Origin: the human T2T-CHM13v2.0 reference genome, Homo sapiens
Assembly: GCF_009914755.1 (NCBI RefSeq)
Contig: NC_060928.1
Reading direction: 5' to 3' (one strand)
DNA: 64,000 bases
Within the stretch, counting starts at the first letter, position 1. Each line of letters opens with the position of its first letter. The notes beneath the pieces are model-generated. The model ran no database searches. It was not told the DNA's origin and was given only the letters and a program-made list of their open reading frames with translations. The translations under genes and the position numbers were made by a program. Positions 13,935-29,469 of this stretch are shown here, piece by piece.

Positions 13935-15260
13935 CAATTCAATAGCATTTATTGATTGTTCATTTTGGGCAATACATAGTTCCAAGTACTGTTAGGGATG
14001 GAAAGATAATTAAACATTAATCTCTGTCAAATAGAATTTCACCATCTAGCAGGAAATTACACACATGCAGACTCACTCACACATACAATACTCACTCACA
14101 CACAACACTCAAACACATTCATTCATACGCACACACACTCACAGCTCTACAGTAACTTGTGAAACATGCTAGAATGAAGAATGGACAAAATGTTTAGAAA
14201 TTAGAAAGCAGAGAGAATGGGAGATGCATACTTGCTGGAAGTGGGTGGGAGAAAGCCTAGCAAGTTTGAGATGTAAATTGGATTTAGAATGATGGGGATA
14301 CAACTTAAAAGGCCGATTCTTGGGTATTTTGAGCAGAAAGAAAAGCTTGAATGTGACCTGAGAAACAGAAAGCATTGTTTTTCTTTGAGGGAGTTGTGAA
14401 TCCAGCTTGCACAATGTTTAAGGGTTGTGATATGATATTGCTATGGTCTGAATAATTGTGATCTCTTCAAATTTGTATCTTGAAATCCTCACTCTCGAGT
14501 TGATGGTATTAGGAGGTGAGGCCTTTGGGAGGTGATTAGGTCATGAGGGCAGAGCTCTCATGATTGGGATTAGTGACACTCCCTGCCCTTCCCGACCCAG
14601 AGTGACTTCTCATCACTTTTCTAGGTGAGGTTAGAGTGAGAATGCAACTCTCTGTGAGGATGTGAACCCTCACCACACAACAAATTGCTGGTACTTTAAT
14701 CTTAGTCTTCCCAGCCTCCTGAAATGTGAGAAATGAAGTTTTGTTGTATTTAAGTCCTTTCTGATATTTTGTTATAGCTTCCTGACTAAGATATGCAATG
14801 AGATTAGAAAAATAGTTATTGAAATATTATAAAGGATCTATACCTCTAGCTAAAAGAATTGGACATGGATTTTATCCTGTAAGTGAGTGAATATTAAATA
14901 TGTTCATAAATGCATCATCAATGTTAATATAATAGTATTAAATAGCCAATTAAATATTTAGAACAAAGATTTATATCTTTAAGCAACATATTACCTATTT
15001 TATGAAGATATTTCAGGTCATAAAAGATAAGATGAACTCAAGTAGGTATGACCTGAAGACAGAGAGACCCATTTGGAGGCTATTTTAATAATTCAGAAGA
15101 GAATTGAAGAAAGCCCGACTTATAGCAGTGAAAGAGAACAGGGAATTGAGACATATGTAGGAGATGTTTTAGAAAAAGAACAGCGTAAATAATTGAGTGG
15201 CTACACAGGAGTGTGAAAAGGTTTGAGAGAGCATTGAGGTGGTTATGAAAGCCTGGATTG
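13935..15260 (-). mobile_element. Fragmented L2, interrupted by a CA-rich tract and MLT1A
   Basis: tcaattcaatagcatttattga start; purine-rich agagagacccatttggaggctatt...attgagacatatgtaggag. Confidence 0.6.
14439..14793 (+). mobile_element. MLT1A-family MaLR solo LTR
   Basis: tgctatggtctgaat...ggtattaggaggtgaggcctttgggaggtgattaggtcatgagggcagag...gactaagata. Confidence 0.88.
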
Positions 15261-15740
15261 TCAGGGAGGGTGTAGTGGACCTGGTTTGCTAGGCAAGTGA
15301 ACCTTCCTCTCCAGTTCTAAATCTGAGCTCTCTGATAAGAAAAGTGCCTTTAGACAGAGAAGGAACATGTTCATTCCAGGGGCCCAAGAATCTGAATTTA
15401 CCTTTGGAGATTGTGAAGTTTTGAGTCCAAATGACTAGAGGAATAAAAATGCTATCCATCAATTAAAATGGGCAGAAGAAGCAAGAGTGTAGAGGAAAGG
15501 GTGCTTTTAAATTTTTGCCTGAATTCCTACTGTAAGCAGGGAATTATGCTAGGGCCAAGCAAACAAAGAGTTATAATACATATCCCTTTGATAGCTCTGT
15601 GGTCTAAGAAGATAGGAAAATTGTCTAATGAATTAATAAAGAAGGCATCATACATTTCATTCAAAATGAGTGTCAAAGAGAATAAATTCTTCAGAAGTTC
15701 AAAGAAGATACCAAAGAGAGCTAGAGTGTTAAAATTATTT

Positions 15741-15844
15741 TTTAAACTTTTATTTTAAATTCAGGGGTACAAGTACAGATTTGTTATATAGGTAAACTTG
15801 TGTCATGGGGGCTTGTTGTACAGATTGTTTTATTGTCCAGGTAA
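15741..15844 (-). mobile_element. ~100-bp L1 3'-end insertion (older L1PA)
   Basis: tcaggggtacaagtacagatttgttatataggtaaacttgtgtcatggggg. TSD aaaattattt at 15731-15740 and 15845-15854. Confidence 0.85.
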
Positions 15845-16104
15845 AAAATTATTTAATAATATGCAAATTGGTCTTCTAAAGAAGGGCTAATAATTTAGCT
15901 AAGCCTAAAGGAGTGGGAGAGGACATTCTAGACATGGGAAACAGTGTAAGTAAAGACATAGACGCTTGTATATATGTAAGTTCATTTGTTCATCTATCCA
16001 TCCATTCATTTAATAAGTTTTGGGTACCTAATATATGCCAGGCACAATCTATAGAGAATATTCAGAAATAATAAAATGAGACCAATTTTATGGCAATGAT
16101 GTTT

Positions 16105-16315
16105 TACATTCAACTAACACCTACTGTGCATTGCAGGAGGTGCTTCCACCTACTTCATTTATTTAATCTTCATAAGATGTCTTTACAGATAAGAAATTTT
16201 AGTTCAGAGAGATTAAGAACTTCAAAACTGCATATAGTGTCTTTTCAGGAAAGAAAACCACATCAATCACATCTTTTGACTCTAAACAGTTCTTTTACAC
16301 CATTACATGCCCTTC
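16105..16315 (-). mobile_element. MIR SINE, preceded by an L2 tail at ~15980-16085
   Basis: catttatttaatcttcataa...tttacagataagaaatttt agttcagagagattaag. Confidence 0.6.
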
Positions 16316-16574
16316 GTGCAATAACCTTTGGGTTAATTTATTAACCCAGTCATTTTTATATTTGGAGATTAAGAACTGGGAAAGATTTCAAAATTAATTA
16401 TAAAACTTGCTTTAGTCCTGAGAGAGGTGAGGTCATGGGAATTCTATACTTATCAGTCCCATCCAGGGTTATATGTGACTCTCATGGGCCCTATGCACTT
16501 AAGACTTTGATGGCCCCTTATTCAATTAAGTATTACATTTATTTTATGACTGCATTGGTATAAAGAAGAATATA

Positions 16575-17472
16575 TGTAGTGTAAGACCTAAAATGTTCAA
16601 TATTATGTGAAACACAAAGGGTCTTGAATAGCCTAACTATGAGCTCACATGGTTATTCTGCTTCCATGGAAAAGGTCTTCTAGAGCAAAATGTTTGTATT
16701 CCCACAAAACCACAAAATTCACGTGTTGAAGCCCTTTTCCCCAACCTGATGGCATTTGTAATGGAGCCTTTGGAGGTCACTAGGTTTATATTAGGTTATG
16801 ATGACAAGAGTTTCATGATGGGATTAGTGGCCTTATGTAAAGAGAAAGAGAGAAAGATCTCTCTCTCTTTCCCCACCCATTGGCATGCACCAAGCAAAGG
16901 CCATGTAAGCACATAAGGAGATGGCATCTGTGCGTAAGATAGGAAGTAATCCCTCAGCAGACACTATATCTGCAGGCAGCTGGATCTTGGACTTCCCAGC
17001 CTCCAGAACTGCGAGAGAGGAATTTCTGTTGTTTAAGCCACCCAGTCTATGACGTTTTGTTATGGCAGCCCAAATAGACTATGACACCTAGCCAAACAAT
17101 CCCCTTTATCAAAGGAACCAGGCTCAGTTCCTACTTATCCCTGAGTAGTAGGATTCAGTTTCCTGACAGTTCATGGAGTTGCTCAAGCAAGCCAGTTACA
17201 TCCTCCTTTGAAAACCGGGGAGCACCCATCCTCTTGTTACCACCAAGCCTGCTTTCCACAGTCTCTGTTTGTTTACTGTGTTCTAAGTACAACCCCCATG
17301 TGGCCCTGTATGGTGTAATGTGTTCCTGCCCTGGGCTTTGAGTATATGTGACCAATAAACTGCTGTTGACATCACCTGTCCAATGTCAGGTGTCGTGTGT
17401 TTGGCCATTGCCATAATCCTCGGTCAGGGATCCTTCCTTTCCCAATGAGGTGAATAGGAGGCAATGGAAACA
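16575..17472 (+). mobile_element. MER90-like ERV1 solo LTR interrupted by MLT1A
   Basis: tgt...aaca termini; gtatatgtgaccaataaactgctg...ggtgaataggaggcaatggaaaca. Confidence 0.6.
16678..17086 (+). mobile_element. MLT1A-family MaLR solo LTR
   Basis: catgatgggattagtggcctt...gatcttggacttcccagcctccagaact...gtttaagccacccagtctat...agactatgaca. Confidence 0.88.
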
Positions 17473-17544
17473 CCGTATTAATAGTAGATATTAAGCCATT
17501 TCTTTGACCTAGCTCATTTTTAAAATTCTGATTTTAAAAGATTA

Positions 17545-17867
<323 letters not shown>

Positions 17868-18243
17868 CTACTGTGCCTAATAGAGAATTTAGTCATGGCC
17901 CAATATCAAACTCTATTATAGTAGATTTTTTTTTATTTTACTTTTATTTAATATAAACTCCTTTCATCTCAAATATATTCTAAAAGTATGAAAATAGAAA
18001 GGCTCCTCATACTTTCTGTGAAGAAAAAATTTTATTCTAAATTAAACTAGCTTTTCTTTCCTCATTACACCTAGTACAACTAGACTTAGGATCACCCTTA
18101 AAAAGTCATTACCAGGTACTTTTATAGGATATGCTTAAATAGAATCTGAATGCTGAGGCAGGAAAGACACAGACAATATACTTTAAGTTATTTTGTGAAC
18201 TATAAAACGTTACAATAGTGCAATGTGTAATTCTTATATAGGT

Positions 18244-18478
18244 CAGTAATTTTTAAACAATGCTCAGAAAACCACAGGGTTTCCTCCAGGCTGTCTTGGG
18301 GGCTGCTGGGAAGGGCAGGTGTTGAAAGCAGGTGGGACCATGGGATTTTGCCCACTCTGCTCTTTCTCCTCTCTCACTCCTTGGTTAATCAGTCCAGCTC
18401 TGTTTATCTACGTTGACCAAACAAAAGATTTTACTGGAAGCAAGGATCCTGCTGCACAAAATGTTTTAAAATCGCTAA
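18244..18478. mobile_element. MER102-like hAT-Charlie MITE
   Basis: cagtaatttttaaac...cagggtttcc...tcctgctgcacaaaatgttttaaaatcgct with terminal inverted character. Confidence 0.5.
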
Positions 18479-18839
18479 TTTTAATTTATCTCTCATGTCC
18501 TACATCTAACAGGCATTTGATACAATGAGAAGCTAGAAAATTAAGCCAAAGTTGAATTTGATACAATAAATTAATGTGAAAAAGAACCAGTTGATAATAA
18601 CTTGGCAATAGTGACATATTATGAAGATGCAGGGATGACAAAGTAGAAATAAAATTTTACTTTCTTTGTTTGAAGATAAACACAGGTATCTTGAGAAGCC
18701 TCTGGACAATATTTTGAGTTTAAAATGCTGCATTCCATTATTTATACCAGATACACACAAGCATCTGTTCAACCACATCTGTCAGGAACGGGTTTCAGGG
18801 ATACCATCCCCTGTTAACAATAAAACCTTTCACGAACAG

Positions 18840-19130
18840 CTAGCGTAACTCCTTTCTATGTTGCCTTTAACCTCTTTTCTCTTACCTTGCTCTAAATTGA
18901 AATGGAAACAACCAGTTATCACTCTACTCATTATAGTCCTTATTCTGAAAGAATAATTTTCCTCGTGGTTGTCTGTTTTCCTAAAACTAAATCCCAGTTT
19001 TCTCAGCCTTTCCACAAAACTATTATTTCCAATTCTGTTAGCATACTTTTGGTTCCTGGAAACATTCTCCTCAGTCTTAAGAAGTGGATCAACATATCCT
19101 TTACCAACAACTTGGTATTTCACATTTTAA
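18840..19130 (-). mobile_element. CR1/L3 LINE relic (ORF2 C-terminal region)
   Basis: Minus-strand peptide NSFVERLRKLGFSFRK resembles the CR1 motif SYEERL(R/K)ELGLFSLEKR. Further L3-like sequence is possible at ~20020-20150. Confidence 0.5.
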
Positions 19131-20761
19131 GGACAACTTTGTCACACAAAGCAATGTTTTCCTTGTTAGTAGACATCAAAAATAGCTTGTTTTATATCTT
19201 CTAAGGACCACTATTTTGGATATCCCAATTATTCAAAACTTTCTGAATGTCGGAATCATATTCTAAATTCAGATACTCACCAAAATTCCTGCTGTGATTA
19301 TATGTTATAGTCAAAATAACACAAAGTTAATAAAAGGTACAATGACAAAATACTCAGAGTCAATGTAAACAAAAGAAAAGAGGAGTGTCAAAAAGAATAA
19401 ACAGCTTTTTCTAGTTGGATTGTTCATTGAATTATTGATATATATCTTAGGGTTGTAAATGATTGTGTGTAGCTTGTGGCTTAAAATTATCCACGAAAGC
19501 ATGTTTAACTCCCATTACCTAATATGAATGTTTCAAAAAAATTGTAAGTTTCAAAGTTTCAAAAAGATGTTGTTAAATAAATGACAATTCTAGTGATTTA
19601 TTTAAAAGTTCAAATTAAGTTTCCAATGCACTTGTGAGCTTGTGCTGTGAGTGATTCCTGACACTGATCTTTTTGTGGTACCTTAAAATGTCTGCAAATA
19701 CCATAAGGGCTATTGTAACATTCTTATACAAACTGGGCTTCTGCAGGCCACACCAACTGAAGATCATAGAACAGTTGTAGAAAACGTTCTTTCGCTTTTG
19801 CCATCTTCAGATTATATGAATTGGATTGTATCTTTCTCAGATATACCTCCAAATTGTTTTGTAATTTTGTAAGGCTTGCCTTAAGTATGATTCATTTTAA
19901 GACTCTATTCTACCTTGTCATATCTGATATTTTCTCCTTTTGTTCTATCCATTTTTGGAAGTGATTTTTGCATGAGGTAGCTCATGCTTCCAATGACTGA
20001 AGCAAAGCAGTTACAGGTTTTGTGTGCTAATCCAACTATGAAGCCACTACAAATTGCCACATGCTGACTCTTGTCACTGGCAAAGCAGTGACGTTGTCTG
20101 AACTAACTTGTACTGATGGAGCTGAACATTTTTATCTTTTTCTGTTACTATGCAGTTAATGTCCATTCAATAGTTTAAGGAGTTAGTTCTTTTTATTTTT
20201 ACTCACTGTTTTATTATAGATTCCTTTTCCTAAAGCTCAAAATAGCATTCATAGAAACTGGATCGCAGATAATCTGATGGAGAGATTTCTGACTGTATTA
20301 TGGGAAAAAATGTTATTATATATCTTGGCAGCTTTCTTCTGAGTTCCATGCCAGAAGCATAGTGAACTGCTTCTACAAATAGAGCCCATGCGGCCCAATT
20401 CCTCCAGTTCTTTAGACTATCCCAGACCTTTTTTTCAATCCTAGGGTGAATATAGTTTCAGCCCAAGCTTAATTACAACGATATACTCTTCCAATTACAA
20501 GACTATTAATGCCTAGGAAACTATCTACTCCTACTCCTAAGGATCCTTTCTTAAGTGGAATTCCAATACTTTTAGGCTCCCAGATAAATAGTTGCATAAA
20601 ATTCCTGACATCAATGGAGTCTCTCAAACGAGTTAGGCTTGGCACTCAGTCATTATTCCGACTCCTCTATGGGAACTGATAGTAGTTCTCTTCATTTCCT
20701 GTAAATATATACAGGGACCTACCAAGGATAGCAGTAAAAGATATTTTTTACCCCAGCCCTC

Positions 20762-21195
20762 TGTAACAGATGCTGTTGGTCTCATGTCTTATTTGCTGAC
20801 CACTTGAGTTCATCTGCAGTTGTGGCTCACAATTCCAGGCCTATATGAAGCACATTAAAAGAGCTTTCTCCACCACAGGCATTTGCTACCCAAAGTGGAG
20901 AATATGGTGGGAGTTAACACCCCTCCAATCCTCAACTGATGGAGGGTCCTGGCTTTCATGTTCTGTGGTGAGACATTCTGAGCTACATTTCACATGGCTT
21001 CTCAGAGAGTCCGCAGTGGGATTGAACACAGGTTTCCCAAAGCAATAAACCCTTTTATTAAAAGATATTTTGTTTTGTTGGCTTTACTCTCCTGTGTTAC
21101 TTGGTCAATTTCCTCATTTGGGTTTTCTCTCAAATAAGCTACCTACAGGCAATTACTTGTCTCGAGGTCGGCTTTTGTAGGAGCACAAACTGACA
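20762..21195 (+). mobile_element. LTR16C-like ERVL solo LTR
   Basis: tgtaacagatgctgttgg...gggagttaacacccc...cagtgggattga...aaataagctacct...aaactgaca. Confidence 0.75.
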
Positions 21196-21293
21196 GGTGT
21201 TCTCTTCCAAGCATTATGTTCTTAGATGATCAATAACTGTGTTTTGTTTTATTTTATTTTTATTCTAACAATAAATTAAAATAGAATGACCTC

Positions 21294-21512
21294 TTTATTT
21301 ATTTATTTTTCTGAGACAGGATCTTGCTCTCGCCCAGGCTGGAATGCAGTGGTGTGATTTCATTCATCGCAACCTCTGCCTCCTGGGCTAGAGTGATCCT
21401 CCCACCTAAGCCTCCCAAGTAGCTGGGACTACAGGAGCAAGCCACCAGACCTGGCTAATTTTTGTGTCTTTTTTGGTAGAGATGGGGTTTCACCATATTT
21501 CCCAGGCTGGTC
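21294..21512 (-). mobile_element. 5'-truncated AluJ
   Basis: gagacaggatcttgctct...gtgatcctcccacct...ccaggctggtc. Degenerate TSD agaatgac/aggatgac. Confidence 0.9.
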
Positions 21513-21649
21513 AGGATGACTTTTATTTCACTCAAATTTGCACAGTATCTCTATCTATCTAATTCAGTATTTTGTAAATGATGAATAACCCTAGGATGTC
21601 GTTAAATAAATGAAAATTCTAAAATTTTTGTATGGATTGTGTATTTTGT

Positions 21650-21702
21650 ATTTGCCCTTGAAAGAAATGGCAAAAACTGCAATTACTTTGGAACCAACCT
21701 AA
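21650..21702. mobile_element. Partial MADE1 (Hsmar1-derived mariner MITE)
   Basis: aatggcaaaaactgcaattactttggaaccaacctaa is one Hsmar1-type ITR arm. Confidence 0.8.
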
Positions 21703-21720
21703 AATTTTATATTTATATAG

Positions 21721-21764
<44 letters not shown>
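21721..21764. repeat. (TCTA)11 tetranucleotide STR
   Basis: 11 perfect units. Confidence 0.97.
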
Positions 21765-23725
21765 CTTACCTATCTAGCTCCTATCTATCTAATCCATTCA
21801 CCATACACATCAAATTTAATATTTTCTTAACATTTATTCTATGCTAGTATTATTTTTGTCGTTAGGAAACCCAAAATGGCATTAATGGCTCCTGCTCTCA
21901 CAGAATTTTGTAGTCTAATGGGTGAGATGAACATTACATGAATACTTACACAAACTGTTACTCATGATTATAAGTACTAAAAAGGAACAGTGCCAATCAC
22001 ATTGAAAGTATAAATATTAAGGCACCTAAACATATCTTAGGTGGGAGGGTGTGGTGGTTAGAAAAGATTCCCCCAGAAGTAATGCTTCCATTACTTTCTG
22101 AAGCAAAAACAGCTAGAAGCAGAGGGCAGTGTGGATCACAAACTCTCTCTCACCCCGTTAGGATCTTAGATGGTACCTGAATGAGATGAAAAATAATAAT
22201 TATCTCTTCTGTTTTGCTTAAAAACAATTTTAGATCTTCCTATTACAACATTTTAATGACCTAATTGAACCATGGTGCAGAGACGGTTTCAATTACATTA
22301 ATTTTAATTACTTACAACACATTTAAATTGAATGGTATGAATTTGAGTTGCTCCTCATTCTAATATTTCTTTGTGCTGCAGTTCCATGATAGATTTCTAT
22401 TTTTGTGTGTAAATGTTACAGTTCTTGCTATTTCAAGTGTAATTCCATTTTCATTTGTTTTTAAGGAAAATAAATTGAGTTAAAATTATTTTCTCTTTCT
22501 TGAAGTTTCATTGGCTCATTAAAGGTCAGCCATTTCATAAAAATTTTCAAAATGATACAATGACATTTCAGAATAACATGGGTGCAAAGGAGAGCCAATT
22601 TTCAAAAAATAAAGAGTAAAAGAAGAGATGAAAAGTTTAAATCAAATACATATTTATGTTATACATTGCAGCCAATTTTTAGCTACAAAGTTATATTAAT
22701 AATTAGTGCCAGTTTATAATAGAAACATTTAAATGGTAATGATCTTAAGTCTTAATTTTTCCCCTTTCTTTTATCCTCTCCATTTTTCTTTAAGAAATTT
22801 ACGAAGTCAGCAGAAAGGGAAAAAATCAAATAATATCTTTTGAGTAAAGACATGGGCATATATATTAGGTGAAATAATTCTTGACTCTTGGTTACACTTG
22901 AGACCTCTCATTGTACTCTTCATTAACAATTTCCTCCTGACCAAAGACCAGGCCACAGATTCCCTATAATATTACTCTTTTTTTTTTTTTGGTCACTCCT
23001 AAAAGAGTTTCTCCAATTCATTTACCCAAACTTCTTTACATTGATTTACTTCATACCTAGTGCCCTTTGCCTACCTTCTTTGGACTTGTTACTTCATGCT
23101 GTCTTCGGTTTCCTTTCTTTCCTTGTGACTTTCAAATCAATTTCCCTTCTAGGCAGGCCTACAGTGGGACACTTTTTCTGTTTCCAGAAATCTATCTCAG
23201 GTCACAGCCCCAGTTACTTGGTTACTAAAAATGAAATTTTGAAGAGTTTTTGCCTTAGAATAAAAATATACCTAGAGTACTGGGCAGATTTTTGTCAGAG
23301 TTATAAGAAAGGCAGAGCCATATTAAAAAAATACAAGATAAAAATAATAAGGATGAAATAGCACAGAAGCTTTCATCAAGTGTGCTTCTACAATCAAGGT
23401 CAGTGGAGGGATCTTCACAGGCTTATTTATATTAGCACAAAAGGTAATGAAGCTTGAAATTTTCTAGTGATACACTGGAGTGGAATAAACAGTTCTATAC
23501 AGAATTTTCAAACAAACAACGAATTTTTCAGCTTAACAGTGTGATAATCAGTCCTAATTCTTTTTAGATAGTCTTTAAATGCTATTCAGTATTTTTTTTT
23601 TTGAGTCAAGTAAAACAAATGGTTCTGTAAAGCCCTACATTCCTCTTTTTTCCCCCTTTGACTTTGTGACTATTTATTCCCCAGGTACCTGTTGGCTTTG
23701 CATGCATTTGGAAATTAAGAATTAA

Positions 23726-24037
<312 letters not shown>

Positions 24038-24279
24038 TAGCCGTCATTATTTTTAAAAATCATAATGGGCCCTGTAATAACCAATTTAACAATAAGAATT
24101 ATAATATATTTTTTGATGATATAAGGAAACACCACAGTCTTTATTTTTATCCAATAAGAGATAAGAATGCTAACTTCAGAAGCAATGATTACATAGCTGA
24201 ATGTATTGATCAGCAGATAGAAGCACAAATCTTCAAAAAGAAATAAAAATCAAGAGGTTGAGAAGATAAGGTATAGACT

Positions 24280-26752
24280 TACAAATCTGGTAAAGGACTG
24301 TTATTCAGTGTATACAAAGAACTCTTAAAACTCAGTGATAATGAGTGAAAGATCTTGACAGCTCACCAAAGAAAATATCCAGAGGGCAAATGGCATATAA
24401 AAAGGTGTTCAACATTATATGTCCTTAGGGGATTGCAAATTAAAACAACAATGAATTGCTACTACACACCTGTGAGAGTGGCCAAAATCCCAAAAGCTTC
24501 CAACATCAAGTGCTGTCAAAGATACTGGTACCAAAACAGACATATAGACCAACGGAACAGAACAGAGGCCTCAGAAACAATATCACACATCTACATCCAT
24601 CTGATCTTTGACAAACCTGACAAAAACAAGAAATGGGGAAAGGATTCCCTATTTAATAAATGGTGCTGGGAAAACTGGCTAGCCATATGTAGAAAGCTGA
24701 AACTGGATCTCTTCCTTACACCTTATATAAAAATTAATTAAAGATGGATTAAAGACTTAAATGTTAGACCTAAAACCATAAAAACCCTAGAAGAAAACCT
24801 AGGCAATACCATTCAGGACATAGACATGGGCAAGGACTTCATGTCTAAAACACCAAAAGCAGTGGCAACAAAAGCCAAAATTGACAAATGGGATCTAATT
24901 AAACTAAAGAGCTTCTGCACAGCAAAAGAAACCACCATCAGAGTGAACAGGCAACCTACAGAATGGGAGAAAATTTTTACAATCTACCCATCTGACAAAG
25001 GGCTAATATCCAGAATCTACAAAGAACTCAAACAAATTTACAAGAAAACATCAAACAACCCCATCAAAAAGTGGGCAAAGGATATGAACAGACACATCTC
25101 AAAAGAAGACATTTATGCAGCCAACAGACATATGAAAAAATGTTCATCATCACTGGCCATCAGAGAAATACAAATCAAAACCACAATGAGATACCGTCTC
25201 ACACCAGTTAGAATGGCGATCATTAAAAAGTCAAGAAACAACAGGTGCTGGACAGGATGTGGAGAAATAGGAACAATTTTACACCATTGGTGGGACTGTA
25301 AACTAGTTCAACCATTGTGGAAGACAGTGTGGCGATTCCTCAGGGATCTAGAACTAGAAATACAATTTGACCAAGCCATCCCATTACTGGGTATAAACCC
25401 AAAGGATTATAAATCATGCTGCTATAAAGACACATGCACACGTATGTTTACTGCGGCACTATTCACAATAGCAAAGACTTGGAACCAGCCCAAATGTCCA
25501 TCAATGATAGACTGGATTAAGAAAATGTGGCACATATACACCATGGAATACTATGCAGCCATAAAAAAGGATGAGTTCATGTCCTTTGTAGGGACATGGA
25601 TGAAACTGGAAACCATCATTCTCAGCAAACTATCGCAAGGACAGAAAATCAAACACTGCATATTCTCACTCATAGGTGGGAATTGAACAATGAGAACACT
25701 TGGACACAGGGTGGGGAACATCACACACTGGGGCCTGTCGTGGGGTGGGGGTGGGGGGAGGGATAGCATTAGGAGATATATCTAATGTTAAATGACGAGT
25801 TAATGGGTGCAGCACATCAGCACATGTATACATATGTAACAAACCTGCACGTTGTGCACATGTACCCTAGAACTTAAAGTATAATAAAAACAAACAAACA
25901 AACAAAAAGATTAGAGCATCAGGACATCTCATTTGTTGCTGGTGAGAATGTAAAATAGTACAATGACTTTGGAAGACAATTTGGAGATTTCTTATAAAAT
26001 AAAACATATCTATCATGCAATCCAGTAATCACACGTTTTGGTATTTACCCAAAAGAGTTAGAAACAAATTAAACACAAAAGTCTGCATATAGATGTTTAT
26101 AGCAGCTTTATTCATAATTGCCAAAACTTGAAACTAACCAATATGTCCTTCAGTAGGTGAATGATAAACAAATTGAGGTACATCCAGGAATAGTATTTAG
26201 TGCAAAAAGAAAGGAGCTATCAAGCCATAAAAAGAAAAAACATAAAGGAATCTTAAAATGTGTATTACCAAGTGAAAGAAACCAACCTGAAAAGGCTACA
26301 TATCGTATGTTTCAATCAATATGATATTTTGGAGAAGGCTAAACTGTGGAGATGGTAAAAGGATCAGTGGTTGTCAGGAGTTGAGGAAGGGTGGCAAAGA
26401 TAAACAGGTGGAGCACAGAGGATTTTTAGGGCAGTGGAATTACTCTGTATGAAGCTATAATGGTGGTTACATGTCATTACACATTTGTCCAAACCCAAAG
26501 AATGTACAACAACAAGAGTGAACCCTAATGTAAACTACGGACTTTAGTCCATAGTTTAGGACCAAATGTAAACATACATCATGGACTATAATGATGTATC
26601 AATATACTTTTGCTGATTAAAACAAATTAACCACTCTGGTTGGGGAGGCTGTTGGGGGTGTGGGGGGTGTATGAAAACTCTATATGCTTTCTGCTCAATT
26701 TTGCTGTAAAACTAAAACTGTTCTAAAAATAAAATCCAGTTTTCTTAAAAAA
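24280..26752 (+). mobile_element. L1MC1/2-like old LINE-1 3' portion, interrupted by L1PA6
   Basis: Colinear across the insertion (caagtgctgtcaaaga | ttagagcatcaggacatctc); gagctatcaagccat...gagcacagaggatttttagggcagtg. Confidence 0.85.
24523..25905 (+). mobile_element. 5'-truncated LINE-1 (L1PA6-like) with ORF2 C-terminal remnant
   Basis: ORF 24826-25686 is ORF2 C-terminus, followed by 3'UTR and an (AAAC)n tail. Short TSD aaagat at 24518-24523 and 25906-25911. Confidence 0.96.
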
Positions 26753-28048
26753 AGAAATGAGGACCTCCAGAAACAGTAAAACTAAGGATAAAATATATTA
26801 CTTTATATTTTTAAACTCTCTAAAGATAATTGACTATCTAAAGTAAACATAGTAGCAATATATTGTGAGGCTTATAACATATATAAAAGTAAAATGTTAG
26901 CACCAAAGATGGGAGTAGGGAATGGGGAGTACAGATTCTCACAACTCCCTCTGTTAACTTGCACAGACAGTGCAAACCATGAGCCACATTTCGCTGATGG
27001 CCTACGAACATATGAATCTTCCTGGTGTTGATTCATACTATATTTTAAGAGTTGAATCAGTTGTCAGTATTTAAAAATCTGGCAATTGTGTATAAATTCC
27101 TGATACTTCATTTTTCTTGAAAAAGATCTGGCTTTGATTGGCCTGCATTTATGCATAGCAATGATCATCTGCAGCTGAGGATCCACTGCTTCCTTGGGCT
27201 GGGTAAGGGGCTCTCCAGTATTCTTTTACCTTCACCGTATCTTATTTTATTCTTGACAATAAGAATCAGTTTCCATTTATCACCATATTCCAATATTGCT
27301 TTACTTGTTTCCTTCACTTGTTTTCTGATAGCAGCCATTTGATTTGTGATCACTGGTCTAAAATGCTTAAGGATGAAGAAAAAGAATATAATAACCGTTC
27401 AAGAAATGTACCCCATTGAGGCAAATGTAACATAATAATTATTGTGATACCCACATGAAGATCCACAAGATACAACCAAATTGTCTTTGGTGATATGGTG
27501 GGGGACAGCTCAACATTTATTTTTCCTTTTTTTAAATCATGGTACCTTAATTTTACTTTGAAGAACTCTGCCCACCTCTCCTGCTTTTCTGAATTGTGTG
27601 TGTTCTTGGTGCATCTGTTAATGAAATTGTCCTCCCCACTGGGCCAATAAGACTGGTAATTTGAAGCTTGAGGGATGTGAAGCAAGGATGGAGAATCATT
27701 GACACTCTTTCATTCTGGTTGCATGGCCTTATAAACTGGCCCTTTGTTCTTACCCTGGTTCCTGTCTTTTCTGATAGCAGAGATTTTCAACTCTTGTTTT
27801 TTAAATTTATAAGTTACTTCATATTACTTCAATAAAATGTGGTTTTCTTTAAATTTTTGAGACTTAGGAAATATTGCTTGCTGTCAAAAAATTCTAAGAT
27901 AGGAATTGATATATTATTTTACACTGTATTCTGGAATATGCACATGAGTAGAAGTGGGTGGTTGGAAACAGTTATCTGTTACAATTTATGTCTTCAAATA
28001 ATTTGTATTTCCAGAATATAATGATTATTTTCCTTATTATATTGAGCG

Positions 28049-29463
<1,415 letters not shown>

Positions 29464-29469
29464 CTAATT

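Noticed and set aside
25906-28048. Spacer already inverted by L1-L1 recombination
   Set aside because: Both L1s retain matching TSDs and the host L1MC is colinear across the left L1.
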